The translations under genes were made by a program, and so were the position numbers. The notes beneath the pieces are model-generated. The model was not told the DNA's origin and did not search any database. It was given only the letters and a program-made list of their open reading frames with translations. From positions 16,362-80,361 of the forward strand of contig JALSTH010000116.1 of the NCBI GenBank assembly GCA_026983835.1: a stretch of DNA of 64,000 nt, in the 5' to 3' direction. This stretch comes from Candidatus Zixiibacteriota bacterium. Lineage in GTDB: Bacteria > Zixibacteria > MSB-5A5 > UM-FILTER-46-8. Shown here one piece after another: positions 59,515-64,000 of this stretch (position 1 is the stretch's first letter; each line of letters begins with the position of its first letter).

Positions 59515-61365
59515 TTACTTCAGCAGTGTCATTCGTTTGGTGAAGACTTTATTGCCGGCGGTTAATTTGTAGAAGTAAATCCCGCTGGAATAATCGCCCG
59601 CATTCCAAACAACCGTATGCGTCCCAGCTTCAATATTGCCGTTGACCAGCGTAGCCACCTTCTGTCCCATTATGTTGTAAATCTCCAATGAGATATTGTC
59701 CGCTGTCGGAACATCGAAGCTTATAGAAGTTTGCGCATTGAACGGGTTGGGATAATTCCGCAGATTATTTGACTGTGGGAGCTGTTGGGCTATAGGATTA
59801 TCAATCTCATTGTTCAAATTCCAACAGGCTAATTCCCAGCTATCGCTGTTCCCCTGTGTCGAATTAGTCACGGTGAACTCAAACCAAGTGGAATCGTAGA
59901 TGAAATTGTTATAATCGCCGCAGTAAGCAATATATTTGTAAGTCCCCGCGGGAGCATAAATGGGGATATCCTGAGTTACAGCACCCGATAAGTTTTGATA
60001 GGGATCGAGACTGATATTGTTCATTTGCATTATGGGACCATACAATCCGATGCCCGGAACATCGAGCATAATCCAGATATCCACCCCTCGTATCTGTTCG
60101 GTATTGTTAGTTAGATAACCGGTGTATGTAAATGAGCCACCCGGAGGGACGACTACCGGCGGATTATTCGGAGCCATATCGATGGATACCGCTTCTTCAA
60201 TTGATTCCTGACTGAATTTCAGCAAATACAGGTCACCATCAGCATCTCCATAAGAGTTCGATTCCCCGACGACAGCATAATTCCCATCATTTGTGGGAAT
60301 GATGCAGGCTCCGTGTTCATCCTCATTTCCGCCCAAAAACCAAGCCCAAAGCAGGTTTCCGACAGAATTCGTCTTTATCAGGAAAAGATCATAACTCCCC
60401 CAACCCCCAGTGCCAGCTTCACCTGTCAAAATGAATCCGCCATCATCAGCTTCCGTAACCGACCAACTGCATTCATCCCCATAGTCATAGAAATTATATT
60501 GTCTTGTCCAGAGGATATTACCATCCGCATCCGTTTTGAGAAGTAATGCGTCGCCTGAATACCAGTGTCCGGATCTACCGGAGACGATAAACCCGCCATC
60601 GGAGGTTTCATGCACGCAAAACCCTTCATCATCCGCAGTTCCACTGGGTGAATCATAAGTAACGCTCCAAATCTGATTTCCCGATGGATCAACTTTTGAT
60701 AGATAAACATCATAGTCAGAATTGACATCCCGGGTTACATCACCGCTTATAATATAATTCCCATCGCTGGTCGTATCGATATAATATCCATCGTTGTAAG
60801 AGGAACCCGCAATGGTCCTTTCCCATAACAGGTCACCATCAGGGGATACTTTTATTAAATAAATCTTGACCCCTCCATAATAATTCGTTGACCCGACAAT
60901 AAGATAACCGCTTCCATCGGGAGCGGCAACTACGGAATAAGCATCATCATAACCCGAAGTCCCGTAAGTATTAGACCATATTTCAGAGCCATCAGCCGCC
61001 ATTTTAACAACATATATGTCATAATCTCCCGCACCGAACGATTTGGTCCTCCCTACGATAACGAAAGCACCACCCCCAACATTTTTAATATCTTCTGGTT
61101 CCTCGAAATCGCTTCCGCCGAAAGTTTCATACCAGAGTTCATTGCCGTTTTCATCTGTGGCAACCACATAGAAGTCCGCTTGTCCGGCACCATAAGACCA
61201 TGTCCTGCCCACGGCGATATACCCACCATTATCAGTCTGGCACACCGAATTACCGCTTTCATTATCCGGCCCGCCGTATGTGTTTGACCAGAATAGCTCC
61301 TGCCCGAAACTGAACGAAAAGGAAAAAAGCATAAATAAAATACTGATAACAAAAGCTTTTTTCAT
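59515..61365 (-). CDS. Secreted repeat beta-propeller protein with Ig-like domain and T9SS-type CTD
   Basis: Signal peptide; about 7 repeats W..TYGG...D.G..V..T.DGG+I..G...S.G.G..D.YL.K.D..G; NYPNPFN...GIYFY...KRMTLLK; ATG after GGAGAGGTG. Confidence 0.88.
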   Translation of the reverse strand: MKKAFVISILFMLFSFSFSFGQELFWSNTYGGPDNESGNSVCQTDNGGYIAVGRTWSYGAGQADFYVVATDENGNELWYETFGGSDFEEPEDIKNVGGGAFVIVGRTKSFGAGDYDIYVVKMAADGSEIWSNTYGTSGYDDAYSVVAAPDGSGYLIVGSTNYYGGVKIYLIKVSPDGDLLWERTIAGSSYNDGYYIDTTSDGNYIISGDVTRDVNSDYDVYLSKVDPSGNQIWSVTYDSPSGTADDEGFCVHETSDGGFIVSGRSGHWYSGDALLLKTDADGNILWTRQYNFYDYGDECSWSVTEADDGGFILTGEAGTGGWGSYDLFLIKTNSVGNLLWAWFLGGNEDEHGACIIPTNDGNYAVVGESNSYGDADGDLYLLKFSQESIEEAVSIDMAPNNPPVVVPPGGSFTYTGYLTNNTEQIRGVDIWIMLDVPGIGLYGPIMQMNNISLDPYQNLSGAVTQDIPIYAPAGTYKYIAYCGDYNNFIYDSTWFEFTVTNSTQGNSDSWELACWNLNNEIDNPIAQQLPQSNNLRNYPNPFNAQTSISFDVPTADNISLEIYNIMGQKVATLVNGNIEAGTHTVVWNAGDYSSGIYFYKLTAGNKVFTKRMTLLK

Positions 61366-61505
61366 AATCACCTCTCCGAATTTATGTTTAGGAATGAACA
61401 TCCGATATAAAAAGGCATAATTAATCAAATAAAAAAGAACAAATAACCGAAGATTTCGGCGGCTTTTAATAATCGACCATAGCTCGCCAATGTTATTCAA
61501 TAACT

Positions 61506-61534
61506 AATATATCACAAAAATCATTATTTGTCAA
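61506..61534 (-). promoter_or_regulatory. Sigma70-type promoter
   Basis: TTGACA-17-TATATT with extended TGn. Confidence 0.7.
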
Positions 61535-61773
61535 GTTTGGAAGACCCAACGGTACTAATTACCACAAGATGCTTTCCATATTTGTCATCGGCGGTTTTAT
61601 AATTAATTTAATTTGGAACAAATTACAACTTTTACGGTTAAAAAATATCAAATTGCGAATAATTATTATTTGCGATTTAGGCTTTGTTTTTATATAAGAA
61701 GCTTTGATATATCTTATAAAAAGCTAATTAGCCTAAAGAACAATAAAATAATTAAAATAAGTGGTGATTAAAT

Positions 61774-61980
61774 ATGCCGATATATGAATATAAATGTGAG
61801 AAATGCGGAAACATTTTTGAGGAGTTGAGAGGGTTAAGCCATCGGGACGACCCCGTTGAATGTCCCGATTGCCATTCCGAAGCTAAAAGGATTGTTTCTC
61901 AATGCGCCGCTTCCATCGGAGGTTCCTATTCCACGGTGGGTTCAAGTTGCGGGAGTGGAGGTTTCTCGTGAGGCGTATAA
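61774..61980 (+). CDS. FmdB-family zinc-ribbon protein; probable selenoprotein (UGA at 61969 read as Sec, stop TAA at 61978-61980)
   Basis: MPIYEYKCEKCG..FE...CPDC; tail SSCGSGGFS-TGA-GGC-GTA-TAA followed by a GGTC-loop hairpin. If the UGA is a stop, the CDS ends at 61971. Confidence 0.85.
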
Positions 61981-61982
61981 AA

Positions 61983-61998
61983 TTGGATGGTCATCCAG
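61983..61998 (+). promoter_or_regulatory. Bacterial SECIS-like hairpin
   Basis: TTGGAT-GGTC-ATCCAG begins 11 nt after the in-frame TGA. Confidence 0.65.
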
Positions 61999-62032
61999 CT
62001 GTTTAACCACAGATATTTTTAAGAAGGATAAT

Positions 62033-62626
62033 ATGAATAAGTTTAAACTAATTATTTTAGCAGCAGTATTTGTGCTATCGGCTTTCCTAATAATCGGATG
62101 CGGCAGCGATAGTAAAAACGAAGTAAATCGTCATACATCGACAAATACTTCAAATAAGGCGTCTCAGTTTTCCCGCACGAGAGATCAGGAAAACTCACTT
62201 GTACATTGGTATGAATTTAATGAGGGTTATGCTGAAGCGAAGTCAACAGGAAAACCTATGGCTGTTTTCTACGAAACCAAATGGTGTACTTGGTGCAAAA
62301 AACTAAAATCCACTACTTTGTCCGATCCGACTGTCGCTCAAATGCTCAATGATTATTTCATCCCTATAAGGGTGGATGGCGAAGGGAACGGCCATATAAA
62401 ATTTCGGGGTATGGAGCTTACGGAGAGGGATTTCACCCGAAGCGTGAATGTGCGGGGCTACCCAACAACGATATTTTTTGATGCTAAGGGGAATGAAATA
62501 ACGAGACGGCCCGGCTATCTCCCTCCGCAGTATTTCATCCTCTTTCTGGATTATATCAATGACGGGTCCTATAAAAATCAATCGTTTGAGGCATATGCCC
62601 AAAAACGATTGAATAATAGAGGATAG
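62033..62626 (+). CDS. Thioredoxin-fold lipoprotein (SoxW/DUF255-like)
   Basis: IIGC lipobox, WCTWC active site, VRGYPT cis-Pro loop, PGY; ATG after AAGGA. Confidence 0.88.
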   Translation: MNKFKLIILAAVFVLSAFLIIGCGSDSKNEVNRHTSTNTSNKASQFSRTRDQENSLVHWYEFNEGYAEAKSTGKPMAVFYETKWCTWCKKLKSTTLSDPTVAQMLNDYFIPIRVDGEGNGHIKFRGMELTERDFTRSVNVRGYPTTIFFDAKGNEITRRPGYLPPQYFILFLDYINDGSYKNQSFEAYAQKRLNNRG

Positions 62627-62886
62627 ATCTATTCGCTGATTGTCAAGTTTATCCGCAACTAATTAAGATGGGGAACGAAGCTGTTGCTCGGTGTGTTTAC
62701 ACGGGAAGGTCCGCTCCAATTTTCGGTTTGATTCTATTAGTAGTAATATGCACTTGGGCTAAGACTCAAAAGCGGGTAGAAAATTTTTTGTCCGCAGATT
62801 TAATAATGTTTTATATAAATGATATTTCCAATTATCGGCTCTCCCCATTATACCCCCACCCACCAAATTGAACCCCCTGACCCGAT

Positions 62887-63372
62887 TTATTTATATCCCC
62901 CCATTAACCTCTCGATTTTGTTGATATGCCCCTGTTCGAATTTCGATAAGAAAATATAAGTATCTTTGCCTTTCGGATCCTTCACTTTTTCCGCTAAAAC
63001 AGCATAAAAATCCCGAGCCTGTTTTTCCAAAATCAAAGCTATTTCCAAAACCCTTAACGGCGTAGTAGCCTCAGAAAGCTCATCGATTAACTCGTTGTGA
63101 ATCTCCGCCATATTCTCATCGATATCCGGCAATCCTTCCTTTTTGAGGATGTCGTTATAAGTATTCCACATTTCGGAGCGGACAAGGCAATCGTATTGCC
63201 CCTCTAAAATTCGGGAATGATCCTTTTCGTCCGAAGCAAGCTTCGTTAGCATATCCCGCAACTCTTCATCCTTTACAAACCCCAATCCCTTTTTATAAAA
63301 CAGATAAGCCGCCAATTCCTGCTGGATCCCCTTTTTGAGTCCTTCCAAAACTGCTTTTTCCACTGCGCACAT
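62887..63372 (-). CDS. Ferritin-like (rubrerythrin diiron domain) protein
   Basis: Repeated E......FY...L...E..H motifs (ELAAYLFY..DEKDH; EKQARDFY..FEQGH). Confidence 0.9.
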   Translation of the reverse strand: MCAVEKAVLEGLKKGIQQELAAYLFYKKGLGFVKDEELRDMLTKLASDEKDHSRILEGQYDCLVRSEMWNTYNDILKKEGLPDIDENMAEIHNELIDELSEATTPLRVLEIALILEKQARDFYAVLAEKVKDPKGKDTYIFLSKFEQGHINKIERLMGGYK

Positions 63373-63403
63373 AAAAGCTCCTTATTTCCCATATTTTTTT
63401 GCC

Positions 63404-63432
63404 AATTTAATATTAACGATATCTCCTGTCAA
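63404..63432 (-). promoter_or_regulatory. Sigma70-type promoter of the ferritin-like gene
   Basis: TTGACA-17-TAAATT. Confidence 0.68.
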
Positions 63433-63493
63433 TTACCCATCAAAACAAAATTTGTAATGCTTCCTCAAAAGGTTGTTTAAGAAAAACGTTTAA

Positions 63494-64000
63494 TCATCTC
63501 AATATCAAGACCTTTTCCGTCTCTTTTATCCCTCCGGCTACAATGTTAATTAAATAAACTCCGGAAGGGAGTTTTTTATTATTAACAGTCTTACCGTTCC
63601 AGAGTATTGAGTGGTATCCGGCGGATTGGTTTTGATTTATTAGAGTCACCGCAAGCCTGCCTAGAATATCATAAATATTTATTGAGACTTCAGCAGGATT
63701 CGGCAGGGTATATGAAATTAATGTGGATGGGTTCGATGGGTTTGGATGGATATTTACATTTAAATTGCCTTCAGGTTTTACGGACGCATCAGGCTCTCGA
63801 ACCTCCGAAAGATAAGGGGTTTTCTCAAAATACACATCGTGATCCGAGGGGTAATTAACTGCGTGCGCCCAGACCAAATAAATATTATTCGACCGAATAA
63901 AAAAATGGGGTTGGGTGTTGTTTACATTATCAAAAGTTATTTGTTCCTCGTTGCCCCAGTTTACGGCATCATAAGATATTCGGCGGTATAAATTATATGA
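63494..64000 (-). CDS. C-terminal part of a secreted T9SS-CTD protein (runs off window)
   Basis: Frame is open to base 64000; IHPNPSNP...IYDILGR...W.G....LPSGVY...KVLILR. Confidence 0.85.
   Translation of the reverse strand, partial: SYNLYRRISYDAVNWGNEEQITFDNVNNTQPHFFIRSNNIYLVWAHAVNYPSDHDVYFEKTPYLSEVREPDASVKPEGNLNVNIHPNPSNPSTLISYTLPNPAEVSINIYDILGRLAVTLINQNQSAGYHSILWNGKTVNNKKLPSGVYLINIVAGGIKETEKVLILR

Noticed and set aside
60220-61300. Tandem ~150-bp periodicity as a DNA repeat array
   Set aside because: Degenerate at DNA level; it reflects protein beta-propeller blades
62668-62871. 67-aa plus-strand ORF
   Set aside because: No SD, no motif, atypical composition; likely spurious
1-64000. 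CRISPR arrays, rRNA, transposases, prophage or defence systems (including dinG as a type IV CRISPR component)
   Set aside because: None recognisable; dinG is the housekeeping exonuclease-fused type next to miaA, with no cas genes nearby

Overview
A 64-kb, AT-rich chromosomal segment from a diderm bacterium. The many 'PNP..N' FlgD/T9SS-type C-terminal domains, PorU/PorV, GWxTD and DUF5683-like proteins point to a non-Bacteroidota FCB lineage (Zixibacteria-like); this is inference. It carries housekeeping genes (mutM, moaA, miaA, dinG, tsaC, manC-like), tRNA-Gly(GCC) and tRNA-Lys(TTT), an ArsR/SmtB plus P1B-ATPase metal-efflux unit with two operators, a Yip1-TolC-MFP-ABC (YknWXYZ/MacAB-like) export operon behind an ECF-type promoter, tandem GWxTD genes, and several secreted T9SS-CTD proteins. 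The standout is an ~18.5-kb minus-strand cluster: porU, an atypical porV with a ~530-aa beta-propeller/LysM-like insertion, an M6 protease, two DUF5683-like genes, an NHL protein, a SprA-like giant outer-membrane protein, an Omp85 protein and a DGGGP-synthase-like prenyltransferase. Also notable are a probable selenoprotein (FmdB-family zinc ribbon, UGA plus SECIS-like hairpin) and a shared, unannotated ~110-aa domain just before the CTD in three unrelated secreted proteins. I saw no CRISPR array, rRNA, integrase or transposase. All calls come from motif recognition by eye; no database searches were run.
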